Below are positions 1-8,973 of a DNA stretch of 41,805 bases, piece after piece. The stretch is from Minisyncoccia bacterium. Its GTDB lineage: Bacteria; Patescibacteriota; Minisyncoccia; UBA6257; 2-01-FULL-56-20. The stretch spans positions 1 through 41,805 of the forward strand of contig JBEKBG010000007.1 of assembly GCA_050015515.1 (NCBI GenBank), read 5' to 3'. A model generated the notes under the pieces. That model searched no databases, was not told where the DNA came from, and saw nothing but the letters and a program-made list of their open reading frames with translations. How positions within the stretch are numbered: position 1 is the stretch's first letter; each line of letters opens with the position of its first letter. The position numbers and the translations under genes are program-made.

Positions 1-298
1 GCGGGGAGAATCCTGCGGCGATCTCAAGAATTTGGTTCGCCTTATTTTTCTCAAGAAGTCGGTTTGTCAGCTTGTATCGCGCCTCGAACATGGGCGTAAT
101 TTCCGGGAGCCGCAGACTCTCCAGGACAGCAAGCTCCTCAGCAGACCGCGTCTGTTGCACAATCTCTTGAAGTTCGTCAAAGATTTCCGTTGAATACGGG
201 ATGTCTGATAACGTCCTGCGGTACGCGACACCCCAGGCCGTTGGGCTTATCTTCTCATGTCCTCCCTTTTTTTTCGGCTTGCGTTCCAAAGAATCCAT
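1..298 (-). CDS. Class I SAM-dependent methyltransferase (leucine carboxyl methyltransferase-like), 5' part; runs off window edge
   Basis: Manual translation from ATG at 298: MDSLERKPKKKGGHEKISPTAWGVAYRRTLSDIPYS...FEARYKLTNRLLEKNKANQILEIAAGFSP, where ILEIAAGFSP is a SAM-binding motif I; TATAAT lies 9 nt upstream. Confidence 0.7.
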   Translation of the reverse strand, partial: MDSLERKPKKKGGHEKISPTAWGVAYRRTLSDIPYSTEIFDELQEIVQQTRSAEELAVLESLRLPEITPMFEARYKLTNRLLEKNKANQILEIAAGFSP

Positions 299-487
299 AG
301 CTTCATGATTATAACTGAGATTCATAAGCCGCGCATCTCCTGCGCCGCTAGCCTATCACGACGCCCACTGGAACAATAATGAGTTATTTTTCTTCAACAT
401 TTCTCGACCATTAAATCCGGTACCACAAATTTGCTGGCGTTTTCTCCGAAAAAGGTTCTGACGTCATTGACTAGCCCGCTCATAACA

Positions 488-775
488 TCAATCTGTTGAT
501 GTCGTCGATATTGTCGACGGCACGATGATCACCATGGTCTCGCCCGGTTTCTTGTAGTTGAACCGCGCGCGGAGTTCTTTCTCCAAATTTTCCGGGTTGG
601 AGAGATATTGCGTCTCTTCTTGCAGGCTCGTCTCCTGCGCCTGGGCCTTCGTGAGGTTCTGCTGCACGTCCGCCAGCTCGCTGCCAAGCGACCATTCTTG
701 CCGCACAAACGAGAACACCTGCACGCCGACGATAATGATGAACAAAGAGAGTATGATAATGGAGGCGATTTTCAT
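488..775 (-). CDS. Septum formation initiator (FtsB/DivIC family)
   Basis: N-terminal TM helix, coiled coil, then YLSNPENLEKELRARFNYKKPGE, matching the DivIC/FtsB C-terminal pattern. Confidence 0.75.
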   Translation of the reverse strand: MKIASIIILSLFIIIVGVQVFSFVRQEWSLGSELADVQQNLTKAQAQETSLQEETQYLSNPENLEKELRARFNYKKPGETMVIIVPSTISTTSTD

Positions 776-787
776 GGCTTTAGTGTA

Positions 788-2587
788 CTACTTTTTCAAG
801 ATCTCCCTAAAGACCTCCGGCGAGATATCCACGCGGGCGCCGGCCTGAAGGCGCTCCTTGCCTTTCTCCTGCTTCTTCCATAGCTTCATCTTGCGCGTGC
901 GATCGCCGCCGTTCTTGCCAAAGTTGCCGAGCTCTTTCTTCATCGCGCTGATCGTCTCGCGGGCGATGATGCGACCCTGTGACTTTGCCTGAAGCGCCTG
1001 GCTGAACTGTTCCTTCGGTAAAAGTTCCTTAAGCCGCTCCACCGTCTGGCGTCCCTCGCGCTCCAGATCTTTTTTCGGCACGATACGCGTGAGCGCGGGC
1101 ACGATCTCGTTCACCACCACGATCTCCAATTTCTCCACCTCCGACTCGCGCTCGCCCGCCAGCTCGTACGTAAACGACGCGTATCCCTGCGACACCGATT
1201 TCATCCGATCATCAAAGTCGCGGATCAGTTCACGGAGCGGCATGATCGCCGTGATCAAAAGGTTCTCACCGATGTTCTTTACCTCATTGATCTCCATATC
1301 GAACACCGTCTGCATGTTAAGCACGGCGCTCAGATATTGCTGGGGCGTGAGAATCTCCAAATTGACGAGTGGCTCCCACACTTTTTCCGGATGCTCAGGA
1401 AAATCCTGCGGCTGCTTGATCACAAAAATTTGGCCTTTGTCCTGCACGCGATACGCGATGGACGGGAAGCTGGTAAGGAATTGCAGATTATATTCCCGCT
1501 CAAGTCGGCTGGAGATGATCTCAAAGTGAAGCTGGCCGAGGAAACCAACTTTCAATCCGCGGCCGAGGGCCTCGTTTGAATCCGGTTCGAAGCTGAGCGC
1601 GGCATCATTCAAACGCAACTTCTCAAATCCGCGCTTGAGGTCGTCGAACTTGGTATCGCCGTCGGGATAGAACGAGATGAACACCACCGGCGCGGGCTCG
1701 CGGTAGCCGGGAAGCGCCAACTCACTTTTACGCTCAGCGCCGAGCATTGTCGAATCGCGGTTCGCCAAAATGGTGTCGCCGATATGAACGAGCTCCGGTT
1801 CTTTGAGGCCGGTCGCGATGTAGCCGATCTCGCCGGTTTTTAATTTGGCGGTCGCCTTCATCTCCGGTGAAAAATATCCGACCTCTTTGGCTTTAAAGCC
1901 GTCGGCGCTTGCCACGAGGTGCATATCTTCCGTGCCGAACTCGCCGCCGAACACGCGCACGTTTGCGATGATACCTTTGTGATCGTCGTACATCGAGTCG
2001 AAAATGAGCGCTTTGGAAATATTGTCTTTGGAGTTTTTCGGCGGCGGCACGAATTTTACGACCGCCTCGAGCAGTTCCTTCACGCCCGCGCCCGTCTTTG
2101 CCGAAACGCGAAACACATCATCCGGCGAGACACCGAGCAAATCCGCGGTCGCCTCCACCACTTTTTCGATATGCGGAAGCGCGAGATCGATCTTGTTCAC
2201 TGCCGGGATGATGCGCAGTCCCGCTTTCTGTGCGCCGCGCAAATTGGAAAGCGTCTGCGCCTGAATGCCCTTCGTGCCGTCCACGAGCAAAACGCCGCCC
2301 TCGACGGCGTTCAGTGCACGCGACACCTCATACGCAAAATCCGAGTGGCCCGGCGTGTCGATCAAGTTCATCACATACTTTTTGCCGTCGCTCGCGATGT
2401 ATTCCATGCGCACCGGCGCCATCTTGATCGTGATTCCCCGCTCGCGCTCGAGCGGCATCCGGTCCAAGTACTGCGCCTGCATCGAGCGCATCGGCACCGT
2501 GCCCGTCATCTCCAAAAGACGATCGGCAAGCGTGGATTTTCCACTATCAATATGGGCGATGATGACGAAATTGCGGATGTGTTCCAT
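788..2587 (-). CDS. lepA: Elongation factor 4 (LepA)
   Basis: IRNFVIIAHIDSGKSTLADR, ERERGITIK, DTPGH, NKID and C-terminal GGDRTRKMKL motifs; 599 aa. Confidence 0.97.
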   Translation of the reverse strand: MEHIRNFVIIAHIDSGKSTLADRLLEMTGTVPMRSMQAQYLDRMPLERERGITIKMAPVRMEYIASDGKKYVMNLIDTPGHSDFAYEVSRALNAVEGGVLLVDGTKGIQAQTLSNLRGAQKAGLRIIPAVNKIDLALPHIEKVVEATADLLGVSPDDVFRVSAKTGAGVKELLEAVVKFVPPPKNSKDNISKALIFDSMYDDHKGIIANVRVFGGEFGTEDMHLVASADGFKAKEVGYFSPEMKATAKLKTGEIGYIATGLKEPELVHIGDTILANRDSTMLGAERKSELALPGYREPAPVVFISFYPDGDTKFDDLKRGFEKLRLNDAALSFEPDSNEALGRGLKVGFLGQLHFEIISSRLEREYNLQFLTSFPSIAYRVQDKGQIFVIKQPQDFPEHPEKVWEPLVNLEILTPQQYLSAVLNMQTVFDMEINEVKNIGENLLITAIMPLRELIRDFDDRMKSVSQGYASFTYELAGERESEVEKLEIVVVNEIVPALTRIVPKKDLEREGRQTVERLKELLPKEQFSQALQAKSQGRIIARETISAMKKELGNFGKNGGDRTRKMKLWKKQEKGKERLQAGARVDISPEVFREILKK

Positions 2588-2632
2588 TGCCGCAAGTGTA
2601 CCAAAAAATGAGGCACTCTCACAAGGAAGGAG

Positions 2633-2875
2633 CTATGGCTTGACGATTTTCTCGAGCGCTAAAATACGCTTATTGTGATCCTTGAGCTCGATATTAATAT
2701 CGCCGATAGCGGACATGATCCGTGTTTCCATTCGAAACAGATCCTGCTTGGTTGCCATTTTTTCTTCCCATGCAGCAAATTTTCCGTCTATTGCATCAAA
2801 GCGTTTTTCGTTGGCGCGCGACTCTTTTTCTATCATCACTGCGAGGTCATCTATCGTGGTTGTTTTTTTATTCAT
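2633..2875 (-). CDS. Small coiled-coil hypothetical protein
   Basis: ORF from MNKKTTTIDDLAVMI with ATKQDL motif and heptad pattern. Confidence 0.65.
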   Translation of the reverse strand: MNKKTTTIDDLAVMIEKESRANEKRFDAIDGKFAAWEEKMATKQDLFRMETRIMSAIGDINIELKDHNKRILALEKIVKP

Positions 2876-2965
2876 ACACAAAAGCATACGCTTTTATATT
2901 GCCAAGTCAAAAGGTTTTTAATGATTTTTTAATCACTGAAGATTGACCATTTACTTTATGACGCC

Positions 2966-3535
2966 TTAGAAATCCAACAAAATTCTTATTTCTTTTTCCG
3001 CCGCAATAGGATCGCTGAATGCTTTAAAGTCATATTTTTTAGCTTCCTCCGCATAACGAGGTCGTTCCCAACCCCAAAAGGCCTCAGCTTCTTTTTTTAT
3101 CAATTCATCAGTGCGACCCCAGCGGGGCTCCTGTTTATTACGTTCCAAAATCGTATCAAATGATTCTCCAAGTACGACAATGCCTTGAAATTTTAAATCT
3201 CGCTTAGCCAAGTGCGGTAATATATTAACCCCCTCGAATATCGTGGGTTTTCCTAAACGCTGAATCTCTTCTATTTTTTTAAAAATTGCCGGCCATAGTG
3301 CTTCCGACTGGTTTTTTAAATCCTCCCATTCTTGATTAGGGGACGTCATCTGCCAATAATTTTCTTCATTTTTATTCCAAAAGAAATCTACCCATTTTTT
3401 TAATTCTGGATCACTCCGAAATTCATCTCGCCAATCATCAATTTTAACGAAGGAGATACCGAGAGATTCGGAAACCTTCTTTGCTAGATAACTCTTTCCT
3501 GCTGTAGGTATCCCTGTAATAAATACATATTTCAT
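2966..3535 (-). CDS. P-loop NTPase / small-molecule kinase (adenylate/gluconate kinase-like fold), AT-rich gene
   Basis: N-terminal Walker A ITGIPTAGKS, IFEG strand, lid-like ERNKQEPRW. Confidence 0.75.
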   Translation of the reverse strand: MKYVFITGIPTAGKSYLAKKVSESLGISFVKIDDWRDEFRSDPELKKWVDFFWNKNEENYWQMTSPNQEWEDLKNQSEALWPAIFKKIEEIQRLGKPTIFEGVNILPHLAKRDLKFQGIVVLGESFDTILERNKQEPRWGRTDELIKKEAEAFWGWERPRYAEEAKKYDFKAFSDPIAAEKEIRILLDF

Positions 3536-3591
3536 ATAAATAATTATAACTGATAATTTTATAAAGGCTGGATTTGAAAAAAACCTATCAC

Positions 3592-3743
3592 CTCTCGCGC
3601 CAGCATCGTATTCTGCGAGGGGCTCCGCAGGCGGTTCGGCATGGTCCGTTCGTTCTGACGAACGGCGAACCGCCGAGGACTGAGCGAGCCCATCGCTGGG
3701 TGGGCGAAGCGTACCCTCGCAGAATACGATGCTGGCGCGAGAG
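3592..3743. repeat. Fold-back element: perfect 30-bp inverted arms around a 92-nt branched core (GGGTAC family)
   Basis: 3592-3621 is the exact reverse complement of 3714-3743; interior has GCTC/GAGC, ccgttcgt/acgaacgg and gcccatc/ggtgggc stems. Confidence 0.9.
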
Positions 3744-3746
3744 CCT

Positions 3747-5804
3747 CTATATCTTCTGCAACGTCAGCGTGAACATCAGTCGCCCGGGCGTGCTGGTGGA
3801 ATTGTACGTAAAGCTCGCAAGACCGTTCTCGGCGAACGCATAGCCGAGCGGCGCATCCACTTCGATGTGATAATTCCCCGTCGCGCCGCTCGGGCGTTCG
3901 AAAATAAATTGATATTGCACACCGGCGGCGGGCAGCGCGAATAAGTTGCGCGAGTAATCGAACGAGAGCGTGGATGACTGGCCCGCATACGTTCGCGACC
4001 ACACGGCAAACACCTGCTTACCCGATTCCGTATGCGTCGTTACTTTTGGATAACTGAAATTTTGCTGCGTCGCTGAAGCGATGGCGAGCACGTTCGGGTC
4101 GGTGCTATAGCCGTCGCGCGCATAGTTGATCGGCGCAGGGACGCTCTTCGCGATTCCGCCACTCTGGTTCTGCAACGTGCTCCCGTTCGGCACAAAGATC
4201 TGCATATAATCCTGGTTGGTCGTTTGATACCACCAGTATGGACTTTGGTTGCCGTTATGCGTGCGCGTGATGGTGAGGTTTGTGGTCAGCGTGCCGTCGC
4301 TCCCGATCGCAGCGTCGTAGCTAATATCCTGCACCATATACAGCTCCGACTTATCGCTGTTGATATCCGCGTTCACGATCGCAAGATAATCACCGTTGAA
4401 GTTTTGCGGGAGCTGATAGACATCGCCCGTCGCGCCGTACGCGTTGGCGAACGTCTCAAACGCAGGGTTGGTCGCATAAAACATTAAATCTTTATTGGAA
4501 ATCCAGTTGAGTGCGAGCCCAAGTATCTGTTGTTTCTGCGCATCCGTGGAAGACGCAAGTTGTTGGATGATCGCGGGGTAGAGCTGCGACAACACCGCCT
4601 TCGGATACGTAGCATTGCCTCCACCGGACTTTGCCTGGCCTGCCTGCACGATCTTTTGGATCTGCGTCACGAGATTGTCGGAAGTGAATGTCGTTGATGC
4701 GACGTTAATCGGTCCCGTCACCGAGAGCAGATCGCTCATCACCTGCGGCGTCACCGCGACAACGCCATCGAATGTGGTGGATGGCGTGGCCGCTTCAAAC
4801 ATACTGATCGTCTCCGACGCGGACGTCGGGAAGTCAAAGAACCAGTTCGCATCAGCGGGGCGGAACGCGATCTCTTCCAACTGCAGCGGCACGGGCGGTT
4901 CGATCTTTTGTTTGAACGCCGTGTCCACATCCGCAACATCATGAAACGCGATGTTAGAGATCTTCCCGTTGTTGATAGAGACATCCGCATAGCTTCCCAA
5001 AAATCCCCCGCCCGGACGCATCTCCGACGGATTTTGGAAAAGCACAAGGAGGTGGTGTGTGGTTGACGCATCGGAGAGCCATGGCACAAACGCATCCAAA
5101 AAAGTTTCCGCGCCCTTTATCTGCGTGGTCAGTGCCAGATAGCTTTCCCCGCTGATCGGCGACGCGGTGCCCAATGACGATGCCGCGCCGGAGAGCGCGC
5201 CGCTGTCCGCGTCGATCGCGGTAAGCGTGTCGCGCACACTCGCAAGGTCTGCAGCGAGCGTGCTGCTCCCATTCCCGGAAACAAATCCGAACGCATCATT
5301 TTCAATGCTCGTTATATTGTTTGAAAGTGTTGTTAGTTGATTGGAGAGATCGGTGAATGACCGGATCGTGGCGCTGCTTCCCGCGAAAAAAGAGACAAGA
5401 GATCCCCAAGGCCCATCCGCCGCCGACGAGGCGTTCAATGATGAGAATTCTTGCGCGGCGGACTGTGGATTCAAGTTCTGCAGATCCTGCACACCCGCTT
5501 GCAACGTACCGATCCGTGATGAGATCGTCGCCGCAATCTCGCGCTTCACCAAATAATATGAAACCGCAAAGCCGCCAATAAAAAGCACGATCAGCCCGGC
5601 AGCGGCCCACTTGATGCCGCGCGGGAGCGGTTGCCGACGATCCTCGCCACGAAACCGCCAATAATTGCTGTTCGTCACCGGAATGTCGCGCAAGTGGTCG
5701 GTGTTTTCCTTCACCTCGCGCTGGGTGATCTTTACTAGCTCGTCCGCACGGATATCATCCGCCGCATGCTCCGACTGCAGTTTTTTCTCCTCGCGATCAG
5801 CCAT
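3747..5804 (-). CDS. DUF4012 domain-containing membrane-anchored protein
   Basis: Single N-terminal TM; LLVLFQNPSEMRPGGGFLGSY, DANWFFDFPTSA and DGVVAVTP motifs typical of DUF4012. Confidence 0.85.
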   Translation of the reverse strand: MADREEKKLQSEHAADDIRADELVKITQREVKENTDHLRDIPVTNSNYWRFRGEDRRQPLPRGIKWAAAGLIVLFIGGFAVSYYLVKREIAATISSRIGTLQAGVQDLQNLNPQSAAQEFSSLNASSAADGPWGSLVSFFAGSSATIRSFTDLSNQLTTLSNNITSIENDAFGFVSGNGSSTLAADLASVRDTLTAIDADSGALSGAASSLGTASPISGESYLALTTQIKGAETFLDAFVPWLSDASTTHHLLVLFQNPSEMRPGGGFLGSYADVSINNGKISNIAFHDVADVDTAFKQKIEPPVPLQLEEIAFRPADANWFFDFPTSASETISMFEAATPSTTFDGVVAVTPQVMSDLLSVTGPINVASTTFTSDNLVTQIQKIVQAGQAKSGGGNATYPKAVLSQLYPAIIQQLASSTDAQKQQILGLALNWISNKDLMFYATNPAFETFANAYGATGDVYQLPQNFNGDYLAIVNADINSDKSELYMVQDISYDAAIGSDGTLTTNLTITRTHNGNQSPYWWYQTTNQDYMQIFVPNGSTLQNQSGGIAKSVPAPINYARDGYSTDPNVLAIASATQQNFSYPKVTTHTESGKQVFAVWSRTYAGQSSTLSFDYSRNLFALPAAGVQYQFIFERPSGATGNYHIEVDAPLGYAFAENGLASFTYNSTSTPGRLMFTLTLQKI

Positions 5805-5846
5805 AGGGATATTTTAGCACGATATTTTTGTTATACTAAAAATACT

Positions 5847-7841
5847 ATGATAAAAAAACTCACTTCCTGGTTCACTGCTACCGCCCTCGTACTGATCTGC
5901 ATCACTTCATTCGGCCTGATGTTCTACGCGTCGCGCACTGATTCCGCGATCATGGACGAGCTCGCACACATCCCCGCCGGCTACGGTTACGTGAGCCAAC
6001 TCGATTACCGGTTGAACCCCGAGCATCCCCCGCTCGTGAAAGCGCTCGCGATGCTGCCGGTGCTGATATTCGTGCAGCCAACATTCCCCACAAACAACGC
6101 GGCGTGGACAACGGAAGTGAACGGGCAGTGGGATATGGGCACCGCGTTCCTCTATAATTCGGGCAACGACGCGAATGCGATCATCCAGGTGGGGCGCGTG
6201 ATGCCGATCCTGCTCACCATCCTCACCATCATTCTCGTCTACTTTCTCGCGCGGCGGTTTGTGGGAAAACTTTGGGCGCTTCTGCCGACATTCCTCTTTG
6301 CGCTCGACCCGACCGTGCTCGGGCACGGGCATTATGTGACGACCGACCTCGGCGCTGCGTTCGGCGTCATTCTCGCCATATTTTTCTTTTTGAGATATAT
6401 CAATGATCCGTCCACGAAAAATTTGTGGTACGCCGGGCTCGCGTTCGGCGTGGCGCAGGTCGCCAAATTCTCAACGCCCTTACTCGTCCCGCTCTTTATC
6501 TTTCTCTTTATCGTTTTATGGCTGCGCGACCTCATCGCGCAATGGAGCACGACCGATGCGTCACGCCGCGCAAAAACGTTTTTTGCAAAGCTGTGCCGCT
6601 CCGCGTGGAAGTGCGCGCTCATCTTTGTGATCGGCTACGCGTTCATCGTCTATCCGATCTATTTCTTATTCACCGCCGGCTATCCGGTCCAAAGGCAGGT
6701 TTCTGACACGACCGCGATCCTCACTTCGTTTGCTACTGGCCCCACACCAGCCGACCAACTATGCCACGGCATGCGATGCATCGCCGACGCGGATATCTGG
6801 ATGGCAGGACATCGCCTTACGCAACCGATCGCGGAGTACTCGCTCGGCATCCTAATGGTGTTGCAACGCGCGGACGGTGGCAACACGATCTACTTCCTCG
6901 GCCACGTAGCGCAAAGCGGCGGCTGGATCTACTTCCCCGCGCTCTTCCTTTTGAAAGAACCGATCCCGACGCTCATCATCGTCTTCCTCGCACTCGCGCT
7001 CGCCGCGTGGTGGACCATTAAAAAAACATTAAAACGCAGATCCACCGGCGGGTCGACGATTGGACGGCGGATACTCGATTACCTCACGCTCAATTTCGGC
7101 GAATTCTCGCTCGCGTCGTTCATCGTCCTCTATTGGGGGTACAGCATGCACAGTCCGTTGAACATCGGCATCCGGCATATCCTACCCACCCTCCCGCTCA
7201 TCTTCATCCTTGCCGCCGTCGTGTGGAAAAAATGGATCACAAAATTAAATTTCGGTGCGATGGCGTCCTCAAGCTCTTTCGCCGCGCTCGCACGATCATT
7301 CCTTTCTCCCGTCATCAAATATATTTTTCTCATCTTGCTCCTCGCATGGTTGCTTCTCGAGACATTCTTCGCCGCGCCGTACTTCCTCTCGTACTTCAAT
7401 GAGTTCGGCGGTGGCGTCCAGGGCGGCTATCACTTCGTGACCGATTCCAATTACGACTGGGGACAGGACTTACTCCGGCTGCAATCGTGGGTGAACGCCA
7501 ACCCGCAGGTGGATAAGATCGCAGTGGATTATTTCGGCGGCGGCGATCCGCACTATTATCTCGGCAATAAAGAAGTGAATTGGTCATCAGCGCAAGGCAA
7601 TCCCGCCGACCAGGGTATTCACTGGCTTGCCGTTTCCGTAAACACGCTCGAGCTCGCCACCCAGCCGCTCGCGCCCGGCCAGACGCGCAACGCGTCGGAC
7701 ACCTACTCGTGGCTCACCGCGCTGCGCGCTTCCAGTTCGGGCGCCGACGCGACCGGTACCTGGCTCGGCGGCGATATGGGCAACGTCCCCACCCCGGACG
7801 CGCGCGCAGGAACATCGATCTTCATCTATCATCTGCAATAA
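5847..7841 (+). CDS. GT-C fold membrane glycosyltransferase (PMT/ArnT, GT39/83-like)
   Basis: DE motif (IMDELAH), NPEHPPLVK, many TM segments, DSNYDWGQD; start re-called at ATG 5847 after TGnTATACT. Confidence 0.85.
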   Translation: MIKKLTSWFTATALVLICITSFGLMFYASRTDSAIMDELAHIPAGYGYVSQLDYRLNPEHPPLVKALAMLPVLIFVQPTFPTNNAAWTTEVNGQWDMGTAFLYNSGNDANAIIQVGRVMPILLTILTIILVYFLARRFVGKLWALLPTFLFALDPTVLGHGHYVTTDLGAAFGVILAIFFFLRYINDPSTKNLWYAGLAFGVAQVAKFSTPLLVPLFIFLFIVLWLRDLIAQWSTTDASRRAKTFFAKLCRSAWKCALIFVIGYAFIVYPIYFLFTAGYPVQRQVSDTTAILTSFATGPTPADQLCHGMRCIADADIWMAGHRLTQPIAEYSLGILMVLQRADGGNTIYFLGHVAQSGGWIYFPALFLLKEPIPTLIIVFLALALAAWWTIKKTLKRRSTGGSTIGRRILDYLTLNFGEFSLASFIVLYWGYSMHSPLNIGIRHILPTLPLIFILAAVVWKKWITKLNFGAMASSSSFAALARSFLSPVIKYIFLILLLAWLLLETFFAAPYFLSYFNEFGGGVQGGYHFVTDSNYDWGQDLLRLQSWVNANPQVDKIAVDYFGGGDPHYYLGNKEVNWSSAQGNPADQGIHWLAVSVNTLELATQPLAPGQTRNASDTYSWLTALRASSSGADATGTWLGGDMGNVPTPDARAGTSIFIYHLQ

Positions 7842-7856
7842 GTTCCCCTACGACAT

Positions 7857-7888
7857 AGGCGGCACCCTCACGTGTCGCCTTTCTTTTT
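7857..7888 (+). terminator. Intrinsic terminator of the glycosyltransferase gene
   Basis: aggcggcac-loop-gtgtcgcct followed by ttcttttt. Confidence 0.7.
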
Positions 7889-7901
7889 ATCTTTTATCAC
7901 G

Positions 7902-8026
7902 TAGCAAAAACACAAAGGGATATTATTTTGAGGGCTCTCGGAGACGACGAAGGTCGCCGAGAGGGAGCGGCCGCGCAGCAGCGCGGAACGCGTACCTCAA
8001 GATAATATCCCTTTGTGTTTTTGCTA
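7902..8026. repeat. Fold-back element: 32-bp inverted arms (1 mismatch) around a branched core (GGGTAC family)
   Basis: 7902-7933 vs 7995-8026; right arm includes the ftsQ stop codon; core gctc...gagc, ccgcgc/gcgcgg, GCGTA. Confidence 0.9.
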
Positions 8027-8869
8027 TTTATAGAACAATCGGTTCTCCGTCCGGCAATCAACGTACTGCAGTTTATCAAAATTAGATTGCAACATCAGCT
8101 TCTGGATGACCGGCAAATATTCGTCCGCCGGGAATTGCAGACTGAAGTAGATCGTCGGCCCGTTCGCCGTTTGCACATCCACTTCCTGGAGCGAGAGATC
8201 GTTCAGCTCAATGGCCTGCACGCTGAGGCCGCTCGCGTGCAAGACGTTCATGATGGAAATAAAATTCGGGAGGAACTCGTCCGACAGCACTTTTTGATTC
8301 AGCCCGCGCGGCGCTTGCGCACGATCATATACCGTGTAGACCAGATCGCCCTGCGTCTCCCCGGCCTTTTCAAAGATCGTGCCGGTGTTATCGAACCAGT
8401 AGCAGGGTGCGTTCGTATCCGTCGCAGTGGTCGAAGCCGCGCTTACACCCGGCGATGCGGAAAAACACCAGATGCCGAACGGTGAACGTTCGGTGACGGT
8501 GATAGTGATGGTATGCGAAAAAAAATCTTTGGAGATATTCGCGTTCGCGAGCTGCGGGATCATCTGAAGTTCGCCCTGCGGGATGCTCGCCGGCCACAGC
8601 AGCATATTATCGAACGTGAGTGCGGCGCGGAGAATGTCATGGCTGGGAAACGCGCTTGCCTCCGCGAGCGCGATCACATCCGTGTTTGAGATCGCACTAT
8701 TCCCCTGCACCACCACGTGGTCCACACGGAATACCGGCGAACGAAGCACTAGCCATTGCGCGGCAAAAAATATCCCGTAAAAAATTACCAACCCGAGCGC
8801 GGTTAAAAGATACGCGCGGCGGCGCTTGCGCTTTCTCTTATGGTCGGAAATATACGGCGCGATCTGCAT
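8024..8869 (-). CDS. ftsQ: Cell division protein FtsQ/DivIB
   Basis: Basic N-terminus, one TM, POTRA-like SPVFRVDHVVVQGN...ITITVTER, C-terminal YVDCRTENRLFYK. Confidence 0.8.
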   Translation of the reverse strand: MQIAPYISDHKRKRKRRRAYLLTALGLVIFYGIFFAAQWLVLRSPVFRVDHVVVQGNSAISNTDVIALAEASAFPSHDILRAALTFDNMLLWPASIPQGELQMIPQLANANISKDFFSHTITITVTERSPFGIWCFSASPGVSAASTTATDTNAPCYWFDNTGTIFEKAGETQGDLVYTVYDRAQAPRGLNQKVLSDEFLPNFISIMNVLHASGLSVQAIELNDLSLQEVDVQTANGPTIYFSLQFPADEYLPVIQKLMLQSNFDKLQYVDCRTENRLFYK

Positions 8870-8886
8870 GAATCAATGATACCACT

Positions 8887-8966
8887 CCGCGAAAAGGAAG
8901 GAGGATGCGCCTTCGCAGCATGGAAGATTAAATGCTGCGAAAGCGTATCCTCCTTCCTTTTCGCGG
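8887..8966. repeat. Long hairpin: 35-bp arms (2 mismatches), loop GGAAGATTAA
   Basis: 8887-8921 vs 8932-8966, just downstream of the serS stop. Confidence 0.9.
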
Positions 8967-8973
8967 CCGCATT

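Noticed and set aside
3592-3743. Fold-back elements as integron attC sites
   Set aside because: No RYYYAAC/GTTRRRY ends, no integrase, and the neighbours are core genes rather than a cassette array.
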